NCBI GenBank assembly: GCA_053919585.1
Contig: CM132818.1
Direction: 5' to 3' (one strand)
Source: Euprymna scolopes
Taxonomy: Eukaryota
Length of the DNA: 64,000 nt
Part shown: piece by piece, positions 1 to 13,428 of the stretch
How the letters are laid out: each line of letters opens with the position of its first letter
Position numbering within the stretch: the first letter of the stretch is position 1
Notes under the pieces: model-generated
Told to the model about the DNA's origin: nothing
Seen by the model: the letters and a program-made list of their open reading frames with translations, nothing else
Database searches by the model: none
Position numbers and translations under genes: made by a program

Positions 1-98
1 GGTCCAATTAATTCGGCTACCGTCAACCACGAGATATACTGTTGAAATTTAAACATTTACTTTTTAAAAATGTTTTTAACGTCTGTCAGAGTGATCTT
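1..98 (-). mobile_element. Partial copy of hammerhead/Pol III element family HH-A (5' portion, cut by window edge and gap)
   Basis: Reverse complement (AGATCACTCTGACAGACG...AATGTTTAAATTTC...GGTAGCCGAAT) aligns by eye with 28652-28750. Confidence 0.75.
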
Positions 99-1639
99 NN
101 NNNNNNNNNNNNNNNNNNNNNNNNNNNNNNNNNNNNNNNNNNNNNNNNNNNNNNNNNNNNNNNNNNNNNNNNNNNNNNNNNNNNNNNNNNNNNNNNNNNN
201 NNNNNNNNNNNNNNNNNNNNNNNNNNNNNNNNNNNNNNNNNNNNNNNNNNNNNNNNNNNNNNNNNNGTTGGCCGGTCGTAAGAGACCCTTAAATATATTT
301 TGATTCATGCAGATTACGTATTTATTATTATAGAGGCAATGCTTTATCGATTATTATATTGAACTTAGTACATAGTAGTGAGATCAAAACTAAATTATAT
401 GAGTTGGGTGCCATCAGCTAGAATCGAAACCAAAACATGCAACTCTCCCCTCTCCGTTCCTTAGCCTCTGAGCCACGTTCATACGCAAAATAACCAAGTC
501 AAAATTTATAAGCGACTCTTTGAAGATATTATGAATTTGAAGCATAAATTTTTTTCAAAATAACTAGATTCAGCATTAAATAACACAAAAAAATCTTTTT
601 CATATTCTTTTATTCCTTCTATCCTTACTTTCTATATCTACTTCGATTATTGAGATTTCTTTTTTATTTCTTATTTTGTCGATTTTTCTTCTTAATATTC
701 TTTATTCATTTTCTTGCATTCCTCCTCTTTCATTATTTCTTTCATTATTTCTTTCATTCGTTCTCGTTCTTTCACTTTTCTCTTAATCTTTTTTTTTTTT
801 TTTTTTTTTACTATTTGCGGTTTTATCTACAAAATTTAAACCAATCAAAAACAAGTCTTATATTTCGCAATCCACCAAATTCACACCTTGCTCCCCCACC
901 ACGTCTTCTCCACTCCTAAGGCATCTGCTTGCAAGAGGATATGTCTGCTTAGAAGACATGCACCAAAAATCATGATCTATTTGAAAAGATTTGCTTCAAA
1001 TTCAACTGCTTTACACGTTTGCCCGACGAAATGTAGTTTATGAACATCAGATTTCTTTTTCGAGTCTGAAGACAATAATTTAATATATAAAATTTTCTTG
1101 ACGAATGTTCAAAATCAAGCCTAACCCTGTCTAAGATATCGATATTTGATTCTAACTAGCTTCTTTCTTTCTTTTATTTTTCTTCCGGTACATTATTTGC
1201 ACGAAGATAATTTTTGTTCGCTTCGCTTTTTTCCTGAAAATATTCATTCTGGTTAGGGACATTATTAGATTGGAAACATTTTTACCTTACTCATCTAAAC
1301 AGAAGGGTAAGTTTATACACAATTAATAAAATATAGTGCCGACATTTCTCTATCTATTTCTGCTATTAAAATATTTTTTTAAATTGTTTCCCATAATACA
1401 CAGAACTCCTCCTATGGTTTTGTAGAACTACCCCCCCCAAAAAAAAGTACATTCAATAATTACCTTACTTAGATTACTTGTATAATGGGAGGTAAGATAA
1501 TATCGTTGGGTCTGCATTCGCGACGGATAACAATAAAAAATATCTGATATTTTATTTTTATTTTATTAATAACTTGAAAATTATAGAAATTAAAAACGAT
1601 TAGTAAAGATATGGGATTCATCTAAATTACATTTCTCTT

Positions 1640-2103
1640 AGTCTGCTTATCTATTTGTCTGTCCGTTCCACTTTTTCTTAGAAACTACTAAGCCGATCTG
1701 GTTGAAATTTTGTATGCGACTTTGTTCTGAGAATGTACAGCGAACTAAGTATGATGATATCCATTAGATGTGCAATTATGGATTGATAGGAATTAGTCAC
1801 TGCAGTACCACATTGACTGTAAAATTTTTCTCAGAAACTACTGGTCCGATTTGGTTGAAATTTTGTATCGACCTTTGTTATGATAGGATGCAGCGAACTA
1901 AGTATTATAGTATCCGTTTGATACGCAGTTAGTGATTAATAAGCATTAGCATTTAATACAAAATTAGCACAACTTTAACTATATTTAATCATTAATTTGA
2001 CATAAACTATTCATTCTTTATAAACAGACTACAACTTTTGTTTGTTTTTAATAAGTTAAAATATCTTGCTCTTGGGCAACGCCGAGACACGGGTACTGTT
2101 AGT
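1640..2103 (+). mobile_element. Non-autonomous Helitron-like element
   Basis: TCTGTCTGTCCG-type 5' region, internal ~135 bp tandem duplication, 3' GGGCAACGCCG..CGGG hairpin followed by degenerate (C/T)TAGT. Confidence 0.55.
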
Positions 2104-2285
2104 ATTAAATAATATGAGAAGTTTAAAACCAAATTAACCTAATTTTTTTTGTTGTTCAATATATTTTTATGACGCGTTCACCTTTTGGTATTTACAATTT
2201 TGAGCTGATCTATATTATTTTGTATGAGACCTTTTTGGGGGGAATAATTAACTAAAAAATAAACAAATGTTATTTTTGTTCAAAT

Positions 2286-2410
2286 ACAGGGTGTCCACAA
2301 AGTCTGGCTACATAATCTACACGGTGCCCCCCAAAGTATGACTGCATAATCTACACGGTGCCCACAAAGTCTGGCTGCATAATGTAGCCAGACTTTGTAG
2401 ACATCCTGTA
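2286..2410. mobile_element. Tc1/mariner-type MITE (family also at 12056-12307)
   Basis: TIRs TACAGGGTGTCCACAAAGTCTGGCTACA / TGTAGCCAGACTTTGTAGACATCCTGTA, TA ends, internal tandem TIR-like subrepeats. Confidence 0.8.
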
Positions 2411-2744
2411 GTTAAATTGAAAGTATAGATCAAATTATTGTGTAGTTCATTACTAACAGTTCGTTTATTAACTGATGTCTCATCTGTTCTTAATCATCAT
2501 TCAATCATTTCGAATGAATCAGATGATTACCGTTGGCATCCGTTTCCCCGATATCTTTCTAATTAGAATTCTTTCTAGAAACACAGCGGGCACCAAACGG
2601 TAGGGACAATGTGAAGGTTGGCAACATGTTCAAATGGAAGTGTTTCTGTCCCTTTTTTTTTTTTTTTTTTTTAGATTCATGTGGGTGGCTCTGCTTTCTC
2701 TAAAACTTTTTTATCCTTTCTTTCTTTGAAGTTCATATATTAAA

Positions 2745-2955
2745 TCCATTGCTTTTTCTCCTCCTCGTAAAATCGGTTCTCTCTATCGCTCTAAACACTT
2801 TCTCAAATCCGTGGCTATTCTCTATCTCTACAAATCTACTATCAAACCATGTATAGAATATTGTTGCCATATTTGGCCTGATGAATCTGTGTCTCATTTG
2901 AAAGTTCTTGATAAAGTGCAGAAACGTTATCTGTAATCTGATTGGATCATCGCTT
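2745..2955 (+). pseudogene. CR1-like LINE ORF2 C-terminal fragment
   Basis: Translates to KIGSLYRSKHFLKSVAILYLYKSTIKPCIEYCCHIW, the conserved post-RT motif; same motif as 36125-36385. Confidence 0.7.
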
Positions 2956-3049
2956 GTTCATTTAAATGACGGGGTCAGCGACTACATTACAGAAATGCAG
3001 ATGACCACAGAGCGACAAATCTTTATGTTGACTATAGTATTTTTCGCAA

Positions 3050-3350
3050 GGGCCTGTGGTGTAGTAGATAACGTACTTAGTTAATTCAGTTCCAAGTTAA
3101 ACTCTTCTGGAAATTGAAGGTTCAATCCTCATTGATGGCGACACTAAACTGCCATTGCGAATGACTTAGGACATCTATCCAGTCATGACTGACAGAATAA
3201 GAGCATGCTACTCCAGTGGATTAAATAGGGTTCCGTTCGAAATTCCGAGTTCGACAAGATACATCCGACGAAGGTCAGATGTTACATCGGCCGAAAAGTG
3301 TTGAAAATAATATTTAAGATTAGAACAGCAGTCCGAAGAATCCGAATAAT
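3050..3350 (+). mobile_element. tRNA-headed element with degenerate Penelope-type minimal hammerhead tail (family HH-C)
   Basis: GGGCCTGTGGTGTAGTAG..GGTTCAATCC head; tail CCGACGAAGGTC..GGCCGAAA..AAGATTAGAACAGCAGTCCG homologous to 4225-4310 and 55399-55470. Confidence 0.6.
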
Positions 3351-3479
3351 ACGAGTTTCTTTCAGTATTTCGAATCAAAGATGGCGGATTGAGAAACAAT
3401 CATTACTGCGTTTGTCATCATACGAGAATCATATTCGGTTGAAACATAGGGTCAAATCACTTTGGAAACCGTTCCTTAA

Positions 3480-3755
3480 TTTGGTTGGTTGTTTTTGTTT
3501 TACGGCATATCAACCCTTTTCAGGTTATTTAATGCCGAATCCAAAGATTTGGAAGAAAAATTTTTTAATAGAATATATTTGTTGTTTTCAAGTCGGTTTC
3601 TATTTAACCCATAGTTGGGACGCTAGCAGGTACTACCACGCCGGGTCAGAGTGGACCTGGGAGCAATGGCAATTAAAGGGTGGCTCCACACTCCCCAAAG
3701 CCCGCAAGCTGGGGCCTTACCACTGGATATAGTTTAAGGTCATATCCAGGACCCG
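3480..3755 (+). repeat. Two adjacent interspersed SINE/LINE-tail-like repeats
   Basis: TTTACGGCATATCAACC..TTTAATGCCGAA recurs inverted at ~8450-8500, ~26015-26075 and ~26235-26290; CTATTTAACCCATAG..CATATCCAGGAC recurs degenerate at ~54160-54300. Confidence 0.6.
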
Positions 3756-4139
3756 TTCCTTTATTTAACACTTATATTCATAGCAACCAGAACGATACGA
3801 AAAAGTACATAAAACATTCTCATAAAAGCAAGAAATGTTTCATAAATACCGCAAAATCCTTTGCTTTCGATTAGACCTTGCCGCCTTTATCTTTCTGAAT
3901 TGTTTTAAGATGAGATTGATAAGAAACGTAGCAAGAAAAGGTTTAAGTCTCCGAAAAGTCATACAAGAATTGTCTGCAAAGACCCGTAGCATAACGGATA
4001 AATTACAAGGTAAACTCCAATTGTAAGTAACACTCTTCTGTGGGTTAAAGGTTCCTTATCCTCAGTGCAGGGGATATGAAGAAAACAATTGGGAAATACT
4101 TAATAATTCTACACAGCCATGGCTGACGAAACAAGCTAC

Positions 4140-4315
4140 CCCCATTGATTAAATAAAGAGTTCCGTTCGAAATTCCGAGTAGATTCCCAAGTTCCACACA
4201 AAGATTACCGAGTTCAACAAAATGCATCTGTAGAAGGCCGGAGGTTACATCGGCCGAAACGTTGTGTAACTAACACTGAAGATGAGAACAATAGTCCGAA
4301 TAATCCAAATGACAC
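4140..4315 (+). mobile_element. Family HH-C 3' portion with hammerhead-like core
   Basis: CTGTAGA-AGGCCG..CGGCC-GAAACGTTG followed by AAGATGAGAACAATAGTCCG; shares GTTCCGTTCGAAATTCCGAGT with ~3230. Confidence 0.6.
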
Positions 4316-5070
4316 AAATTTGTATCTTTTACTAGCGCAAAGGATTAAGTAACGAATCATCTGCGTATTAATTTTTCTTCACCAAACTTTAACGTTACAA
4401 TTATTTTATCATTTCTGGATTTCTGGCATCAAATCCTTCTCTAAGAATCTTCCATTCATGTTCCATGGGAATAAAAAAAAATCCTTGTTTTAGACATGCC
4501 ATTCCGTAACATGTTTTCCTCATTAAGGCACATGGATTTCGCCCCGTGAGATGGGGCGTGATCCCGCGTAAAAATTGCTGACTTGGCAATAGCGTTTCTC
4601 AAATGAGGCAGAACACTCTTTTAAGTATAAATCTGTATTAAGAGGTTTACGAGACAACTACACGTGTGTATTTCTCGCGTCAACGTAACTTCGATAAATC
4701 CACATTGAACTATCATTATCTTTTTAATTACTAAGAGTGGGACCTGTGGAATTCCACAGGGGACTCATTCATATGTAATATATGGATGTTGGTATTCTGC
4801 AGAAGGTCAGTGTAAATGAGGACGCTCCAATATTATTGTAGCTTTTTTGTTAAAACTGCAAAAGTATTTATCTAAGCTAGCACGAACACCCAGCAAAGCC
4901 CAGTCGTAAAGTACGCTTAAATATGATATTTTAATTCTTGCAGATTTCGTATATATTATTATAGAGTTAATGTTCTATCGATTTTATATATTATAATGTT
5001 GCGATTTCAAAGCCCAGTCGTAAAATACGCTTAAATATGATATTTTAATTAATGCAGATTTCGTATTTAT

Positions 5071-5465
5071 TAGCATGCTAGCCTGGGTGCCTGGGTGTTT
5101 GGAGGTGTGTGTTGAGCCAAAAAAAAAAAAAGTGGTGGTAGTAAGCAAGCAGGCTCGAACCCGTACCGCGAAGGAGGAAAAGAATGTAAAAAAAAAGTAA
5201 CATCTTTGCTGTTGCGTCCGTCGCCAAAATGGAAGTGTCGAAGGTTTAAATTAAGGCTAGTCAATCGAAAAGACGGGATGACTTTCGAAAATATCGATGA
5301 AAAAAACGACCCAACCCTGTTAGAAAAGTGCCCAGATGAGGGTGAAGGAATTAATGTTTTTAGCCAATTTTTCGATATTTGTCGTCCGAAGGGTCGGGCT
5401 TCAAAACGATACCAATCTGGTGAAAATTCGGCGCTTCTGTCGAAAATTTTAGGCATACATACATG
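5071..5465 (-). mobile_element. Non-autonomous Helitron (same family as 38810-39597)
   Basis: Clear homology over ~390 bp to 38810-39210; decayed hairpin/CTAG end. Confidence 0.7.
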
Positions 5466-6817
5466 ATGATGATTGCAAACGTCTTGTCAGACGAGTGCCA
5501 CTTCCTCAGACACTTAATGTCCATGAGCCCAGAAATGACTTTTTTTTTCTTAGTTCTACTGGTGAATTCACACGCTCACACAGGCATGATGCTGAAGACA
5601 GTCATTGAGATCAATTATTACATGTTTCCAGCATTTCAAGCCTCCATGGGTCATAACTTTTCCATCGCCACAGGACCATTTTTATAGACAAATGCCTGAG
5701 GGAGTATACACAGGTGATGTTACAGAGTCTTAGCTTTGTACGACAGCTAAGTCTCTCTCTCTCGGTTCAAAATGTTGAGATCCAGCAACAAGCAAGAGCA
5801 AGATAGCCAGCAACAAGTTAAACTGCAGACCAGCTTAATGCGGGTACTGGTCTCCCGCTTTATGGTTTTTTAAATCAGAGATTTGCTTCTCCTAGAAAGG
5901 TTGCCTTCACCACGGCTTATGGGAGCCCTTTCCACCCCAACACACAAACACACATGGTGCTAGTTGGCTGTTGACCCCTAACGTTGGGTCATATCATATG
6001 CTACTGGTACCATGTAACCCAGTACTACCTGCCTCATGGTCGGGTCACCGGCGACTAAACTGGTTCCCCCACCAGACTTGTTTGGTGAGGAAGGTGGCTA
6101 GTCTCCCTGAAGGATTAAACATACATACATACATACATACATACATACATACATTTAAATCAAAGTACAGACTTTTGCTAGTGAGTATCCACCTGGATAA
6201 GAATAAGCTAATACATGCCTAAGGGGTAGAAATGTTCAGATGTTTAGTGATCATGACTTCCAATTGGTCAGTATGTGAAGGTTAAGGGCTGAAAGCTAAA
6301 AACCCCCATCTAAGTCGTGTGTATTGTATGGGGAGTAGAGCAGATTGTTGGTTTTCAGGAGAGGATTAAACTTACAGAATACAGTTAGGATTAATTATTA
6401 GAGTTTTGAGTGCCAAGTAACGTTTAGTTTGAGAAGAGAACAAAAAATTTTTTTAACTTAACATGCAAATCAGACATAGGCAGTCGTCTTGGAGGCAAAG
6501 TACATATTGGATATACGTAGCAATCCAGCAAGGGTGCTTGTACCGTAATGAGAAAAAACTATTAGTATATAGCGCGTCAGGATTAATAATTGAATGTAGT
6601 CAGTTTGGTCAAGCTCAAAGCATTGTGTATCTATTCAGTAATAGTCCTAGCGACGTAGCTAATGTCACTGATTTTTTTTTTAAATTTCAAATATAATTGA
6701 AAGTAAGACTAAATATATTAGATGGTTTGATTGGCTAGGAAGGAAGCAAGCATTTTCAATACAAGCAAGCTTATAGTAATAGTATATATTAAGTATAAAG
6801 TCCTAACTTAATCTAAT

Positions 6818-7104
6818 GTAATAGAGAATAATTCCCGGCTTTTGTTTTTTATCGCTAGTTTACTTGAATAAAGAATGAGTGAGCAGCGTTTTGCCTGTTC
6901 GAATAGTAGTCGGGGAGTGGGGGGTGACGAATCTCATCTTAAAAGTTTTGCAATATAGGAAAAGTAGAGACAAATAAATAAATATACATAAATAAAACAA
7001 GAAAAGCAAATTTAAACAAGGCAACATGAAATACATTTGTTAGGAGTTAAGATGAATTTTAAAATTAGTACTTAACGTCTGTTTGATACAATGGTTCAGC
7101 GTCC

Positions 7105-7143
<39 letters not shown>

Positions 7144-7420
7144 CGAATGGAATATGGCCGTATCTTTCTAGAGCGGAAGAGGATTTCTATTTCCGGATAC
7201 CTTGTGCACGCGTGCCTATCTATTTATAGAATAAAAGTCGTTACGTTCAAATATGTTAATTTTAATTTAATTTTTTTTTTTTCGTAATTAAAGTCCAAAC
7301 TTCATCTAAAGTAATAGTAATTCCCGCCATTTTTTGTTTTTTATCGCTAGTTTACTTGAATATAGCATGAGTGAGCAGTGTTTTGCCTGTTCGAATAGTA
7401 GTCGGGGAGGGGTGGGGAGT
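6818..7420 (+). repeat. ~110 bp direct repeat pair (6818-6925, 7311-7418) flanking a spacer containing a poly(T) run
   Basis: TTTTATCGCTAGTTTACTTGAAT..TTTTGCCTGTTCGAATAGTAGTCGGGGAG present twice. Confidence 0.8.
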
Positions 7421-7647
7421 CTTGTAAAAAAATTAGTCCAACTAATAATTTAATGATCAAACGATATCGCAATGATTATACGTATTTAAATTTTAAAATG
7501 TATTTTTAATTGGTAAAATAAAAACAGCATAATTAATAATAAAAAAAAAAAAACGAAATGAAGGTAAAAACACTTCCTGGCAATACCGAGTGTGTACGTC
7601 TAGTCTTTTATAAATTGTGACATTTACTTTGCCATTGGCTCTCGGGC

Positions 7648-7720
<73 letters not shown>

Positions 7721-7722
<2 letters not shown>

Positions 7723-7781
7723 TACCCCCTTGCCCATAAACCATTTGCTATGCTTCACTCATGACCCAACGTAAGCATCAC

Positions 7782-7819
<38 letters not shown>

Positions 7820-7875
7820 TACCCCCTTGCCCATAAACCATTTGCTATGCTTCACTCATGACCCAACGTAAGCAT

Positions 7876-7935
<60 letters not shown>

Positions 7936-8013
7936 TATATATGTGTGTGTGTGTGATGCTTACGTTGGGTCATGAGTGAAGCATAGCAAATGGTTTATGG
8001 GCAAGGGGGTAGG
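7721..8013. repeat. Three copies of a ~61 bp unit (two direct, one inverted) separated by (TA)n
   Basis: CCTACCCCCTTGCCCATAAACC..GTAAGCATCAC at 7721 and 7818; reverse complement at ~7953-8013. Confidence 0.9.
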
Positions 8014-9209
8014 AGGTAGTTTAAAACCTATAGAAGAGGTTCTTCCATTCCCTCCCGTGGTGACTAGACCAGGCCGTTTGACTTGCTCCAGAAAGTATTT
8101 TTCATACTGTTGTTACTAGACCCGGTTTGGGGGGTCGCTAAAAGAGTATTTCTTTATTTCTTTCTTTTTTGCAACCCTGACGTTTGTCTGCTCGCCTTGG
8201 AGTGCCGCCCTTCGGCCCTCTTTTTTTTTTCTTTCGACAGGCTTTGATAAGCGCTGATTCATAAAAAAAAGTACCAAAGAGCTATTCATTGTCGAAATCA
8301 TCACAATTCTTTCACTAAACTGCACCAAGACGTTTCTGTTATCGCTTTTATCCTTTCCCTTTGCAAAGCCCAAAAAAAAAAGATTATCTTCAAAACAGCG
8401 AAACCAAACTTTGTGTATAAATATTTGAAGATATAAAGAATTTGAAGCATTCGGCATTAAATAACCCCAAAAAGGTTGATATGTCGTAAAACACGTAACC
8501 CAAATCTTTTTATTATTCTTTCATTCCTTCTATCCGTATCTCTTGCATATACTTTGATTATCCCGATTTTTTTTGATTTTTTCCCCTCTACTTTTCTGCT
8601 TTCAGTGTTCTTTATCCATCTTCATTCATTCCTCCTCTTTCATTGTTTCTTTCATTCTCCAGATATCATTGCCGAAATCATAACAGTTCATCTACCAAAC
8701 TTTCTAATTTTCTTTCGTGATGGTATTCGTTCATCCTCTCCTCAACAAATATACCTCCACGGTTCAGATTCATACAGGTAAAACTTCTTGCACTGATTAA
8801 ATATCGAATACTGGAGATTGTAGACCCGCTTTTTCTTTCTTCTCCCGACTCTGAGTGTTTTAATTGATTTCATATAAACACTGCGTTCCTCCAAACTCTT
8901 ACTACAAATTTTATGGGGGGGGGGGGGTGATTGTACGCGGACAAGTTGTAATAAGTAACACCGAAGCTGGAATAGCGATTAGAACGCTTCCGATCTAGTT
9001 CACTCTGTTTTTTTTTTGTTTTTTAGGGGAGGGGGCTCAGTCGAGGCGAACGCGTTTTCAACTGTCGACGTCTTAGACTGTCTGTGCCCCTCCCTCTTAT
9101 TATCAGTTTGAACCATGTGGTTCATTATTTTTCTTATTTCTGGAAACATGAATTGTAGAAAATGCTTTGTTATTTGCAATTCTGAATTTTTTACATTTTG
9201 ATTAATCGG

Positions 9210-9370
9210 ACAATTATTCTCAGCTTAGGTGTCATTAGCACAACGTTTCGGTCGCGGCACCCTGCGACCTTCTTCGAGTGTTGAATATGTGTCTTTTTCT
9301 CTACTAATGAAAAGAGGGGTTAGCTCTGCATTGCAAGAATTCGAACCGTGGGTTTGAGGGTGGGTCCGTA
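9210..9370 (-). mobile_element. HH-C-like element remnant
   Basis: Minus strand reads GGTTCGAATTC (B box) ... CTCGAAGA-AGGTCGC..GCGACC-GAAACGTTG. Confidence 0.5.
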
Positions 9371-9421
9371 GATCATAAAGAAACTTCAATCTTCAGGGGT
9401 CACTAAGATATATATATATAC

Positions 9422-9642
9422 ACAGGGTGACCAAAAAAAACGGGCCCCAACTCTAATTAGGCGCCGTTTCTTAGTGTTTTGTCCGAATGAAAAGAAACTT
9501 TGGTCATAACTAGTTTATTATATTCAAAATATCACATCAGAACACTAGGGTCTTTGGACATTTTTTTCCTCTATTGACTGTAAAATGTTTAGAAAAACAA
9601 TTGAATGTCCTCTGTTTTTTGGGGGGGAGGGGTCACCCTGTA
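9422..9642. mobile_element. Tc1/mariner-type MITE
   Basis: Termini ACAGGGTGACC / GGTCACCCTGTA within TA-rich flanks. Confidence 0.65.
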
Positions 9643-10724
9643 TATATGTTCTAGGACTTCCTATTACTCAATTTTTGTGAATATTTATGCTCATTTTTAA
9701 TATTAGAGAAAAACATGTTTTACGAGACAGAGGATCGATACCCACCCGTATTTTCATTTTTTTTTTTTTTTTTTGCTTCGTTATTTATCGGAAACTTTTG
9801 TTCTAAGTTGATACGTGTGTACACTTAATTAAAGATGATTATATGGAAAACAATCTGCAGAACCAACTGCACAAAACATCGCTGAGGCATTTAAAACGGC
9901 AAGAAAACTTACTACTTGTTTCATTGTATCTCTAGACTGAACAGGTAGCATGCACTTCCTCATTGACAGGACGTTCGTATATCACCAGTTTTCAACTTAC
10001 TCTTAATACACTTGGTAGAGCTTTTCTTTTCATCAACTAATATTGCCAAGAAGTCACTCCTCTTAGCACCAACTATGCTCTACGTTGCTTCACTCGAGTA
10101 GTCAAGTCTGGGTTAATGACCAAGTAAAATACACACGTTTTTGGTATAAGAGTGGAGACTGTTTCATTCTCGAATTCACCATGCAACATACAGTGCGGAT
10201 GAACAGCAGAAGGATGTCTCCTAAAAAGGCTACGTGTATCATTTCTATACTAAGAAACATACGCGTTGCTTAAGATGAATTCACAGGACGTGATCAAACA
10301 ATTTAGAATTCAAAAAGGAAAATTTTATTTGCAGTAACTGACAAGTTTTTGCTGAGAATGCTTTACAGGGGTAGGGAGCCAGAGATTGGGGCCCAGTTGA
10401 GCATTTACCATCAAAATAACGATAGATTAAAGATAGACACGCGTCGCATTTTTAGTGAGAAAGGGGCTGTGAGGAAGACTAAGTCGATTTATAACTCATT
10501 TGGCAACGAAAAGTGCGCTTAGCAGCACCTCTCCAGATGCGGCAATATTACTCCAATAGGACAAGAACAGATGTTTGGATCTATAAATATGACTTGAACA
10601 TTTGTTGGTCTGATAATTTATTCGAACAGATGTGCTTTTATCTGACTGTTTTTATCTGCGTATTTTTTAAAAATCATTCCGTCCGTTGATTTTTCTGAAA
10701 ACGGTATTAAATAAAGATCGTGAA

Positions 10725-11290
10725 AAAAAATAATAATAACTGTACGAGCACTACAAATAATCCCAAAATATTGGGTAAAAAACGACTAAAAGAAATCGGA
10801 ATCGATGGGAAGACTAAGATTATGCAACAAACGGTAATACTGAAATCAGCTGAAATCTTGAATGCAGAAACTATTACACACAAGCGACAAATTCTAGCCA
10901 GGCATATATAAACTGCAACAGAAGTGAAACAAAAGGTAACAACTAAGAGAACTGGTACACCCAAAGTGAAAAATGACTATTCCCCCTCCCTCTCAAAAAT
11001 CTGGCATCGCACCAAATAGTCGAAGGGTCAAGGAGGGTGGAAAGTTCGAGGGGAGAAAACAGTAATCAGGACGCCACTGGATGAGTACGAAGAGGTCTGA
11101 GACATTGGCGGGGGGGGGAGGTTATTGCCACTCAAAATTCTAGTGAAGATCAATGGCCGCTATCAACGAGAAATCAATGGTAAACGGATGTTGCGATAAC
11201 GCAAATTAATTTTCAAATGATATCGAAAGAAGTGGAGAGTACTAGGGAGAGTTGTTGTCACTCAGACTCCAGGGAACACCACAAGTTGTT
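10725..11290 (+). pseudogene. Highly decayed R4/Dong-like non-LTR retrotransposon 3' end fragments
   Basis: PKILGKKRLKEIGIDGKTKIMQQTVILKSAEIL resembles the C-terminus at 32802-33071; tail-like GTCACTCAGACTCCAG near 11257. Confidence 0.45.
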
Positions 11291-11737
11291 CTCAAAGAGA
11301 ATTCTTTGTTGAAGAATGAACTTTATAACAGTGTACTTATTTTTCATGAACAATATTTATATATATATTTTTTTTTTTTGCTAACAAGCCCCCCTTGTTT
11401 TGAGGGGGTACAAATATGCTTAAAATAATCATCTGAAACTGAACACAACATATTGTGTTGTTGTAAGGGACAGAATTATAGATTAAAAAAAATTGTTTGC
11501 ATACCTTATTTTGACGTCTGAATATCAGAACTTCGATTGTGTTTAATTATACCGCTTTTGAGTTTAAAATAGTAGAAAAAGTTTTACATTATTCTGTTTC
11601 CTATATGATAAAATTCAGGGTTTTATCTTTCTGGAAAAAAAAAAGTTACTCAGAAATAATGGATTTTAATAAATGTAATTTCGTTTTAAAAAACAACAAC
11701 AACTTGATTTTTCGGCCATTTTTGGCGGTGCCTAGTC

Positions 11738-12143
11738 TTACTGTACACATAGATTCGAAAAAATTGTCAAAAAACAAATATATAACAAATAAACGTTATC
11801 AAAAGCAAGGTAAGTTACTTTTGTACCTAACTGGATATGTTTTTAGTGTTTTTATTCAATTTAACATGTTTATTCAGCTCGAAAAACATACAATGTTTAC
11901 CGATGTATTGGTAAAATGGCGCCCGAATCTCTCTTTGATACGGTAAGTTTGGGAAAAGGAGTTATAAAAAAAAACTAGACAAAATACGGTTAAAGACTCG
12001 CTCAATACATGTTACCGTGACATAAGCTGACATATATTCCGTGGGTTTTTCACAGTACAGGGTGTCCACAAAGTCTGGCTACATTATGTAGCCAGACTTT
12101 GTGAAGCATCCTGTAGATTATGTAGCCAGACTTTGTGGGCACC

Positions 12144-12219
<76 letters not shown>

Positions 12220-12560
12220 GGTGCCACAAAGTCTGGCTACATAATCTAGAGGATGCTTCCACAAAGTCTGTCTACATAATGTAGCCAGACTTTGTGGACA
12301 CCCTGTATTTTGCATATTTTTTTATTTTTAGCTCATTTTCTCAAACTTACCGTGTTAAAGAGAGATTCCGGCGCCATTTTAAATTTTCCAATACATCGGT
12401 AAACACTATGTTTTTCGAGCTGAATAAACATGTTACATTGAATAAAAAACACTAAAACATATCAAGTTTGGTAGAAAAGTAACTTATCTTGCCTTTGAAA
12501 ACATTTATTTGTTATATATTTATTTTTTGACAACTTTTTCGAATCTGTGTGTGCAGTAAT
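11738..12560. mobile_element. Foldback/MITE with ~225 bp inverted arms, containing nested inverted MITE pair
   Basis: 11738-11965 is the reverse complement of ~12335-12560 (TTACTGTACACATAGATTCGAAA / TTCGAATCTGTGTGTGCAGTAA). Confidence 0.85.
12056..12307. mobile_element. Two inverted copies of the CAGGGTG-TIR MITE around a (TA)n tract
   Basis: TACAGGGTGTCCACAAAGTCTGGCTACA..CACCCTGTA (TA)n TACAGGGTG..GGACACCCTGTA. Confidence 0.85.
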
Positions 12561-12980
12561 ACAAATCCGAATAAAATTACAAAAACAAGCGTATAATAAT
12601 AAAATACTCATAAAGAAAGAATACAATATCGTGATCCGTAAAATGGCAGTTTCGCTTAAGCAATAAAGATTAATGCAGATATCAAGTTGAATAAACACAT
12701 CAACAACGATTAAGTTTCCGTTTACGAATATTTTTGTTTTTTTAGTAAACAACTAACACAATTATTATGATTGTCGAAGGAATTGCCATAAATTACTCAT
12801 TGAGAAGAGTAGGGAGGAAACTCGCTACTCCTTGGTAAGAAAAATCGGCATCGCGATATACTTTCAAATCGATTCTTGCAGAGAGATATCCAAGTCTTCT
12901 ATTTTCTCCCCTCTCTCCATGCGTTATCGTCTCCGCTCTAAGTTTGTCGCCACGTGACATTAATCCAGTCATTGTAAATA

Positions 12981-13186
12981 TGGGTACTCATTCAGAGAGT
13001 GATCCGTGCTGAAATAATAAAGTTATTATTTAAAAAGCCATTCTTAACATGGGGAGGGGGTGTTTTGTACCTATTCTGTACTTTAACCTTACAATTGAAT
13101 AAAAAAAAAACATCATAAAACTTTAATTAAACGTGGAAATACGATTTAAAAAAATAGCGCGGATCACTCTCTGCATTAGCACCTAA
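12981..13186. mobile_element. MITE-like element, ~30 bp imperfect TIRs
   Basis: CAGAGAGTGATCCGTGCT / AGCGCGGATCACTCTCTG. Confidence 0.55.
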
Positions 13187-13428
13187 ATATGTCCTGACAA
13201 AAATTAGCAGCCTTAAAATCCTGAACAGTCAATCAAATTTTTGGTTATTCCCACACGTGGCGGCTAATGGGCGTTTGTCAAGCACAGGTTCCCCATAAAC
13301 GAACAAAGAAAAGGTTGAAATGTCGTGGGAATATTCACAAAATGTCCCTAGTCGCGTCTATATCCAGGTCTGTAGAAGTGATAACATTAAGTTTTGCTGT
13401 TCTTGCCGTGAGATGTCGAGATCCTCCT

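Noticed and set aside
42-308. ORFs spanning N runs here and at other gaps
   Set aside because: Open only because of Ns
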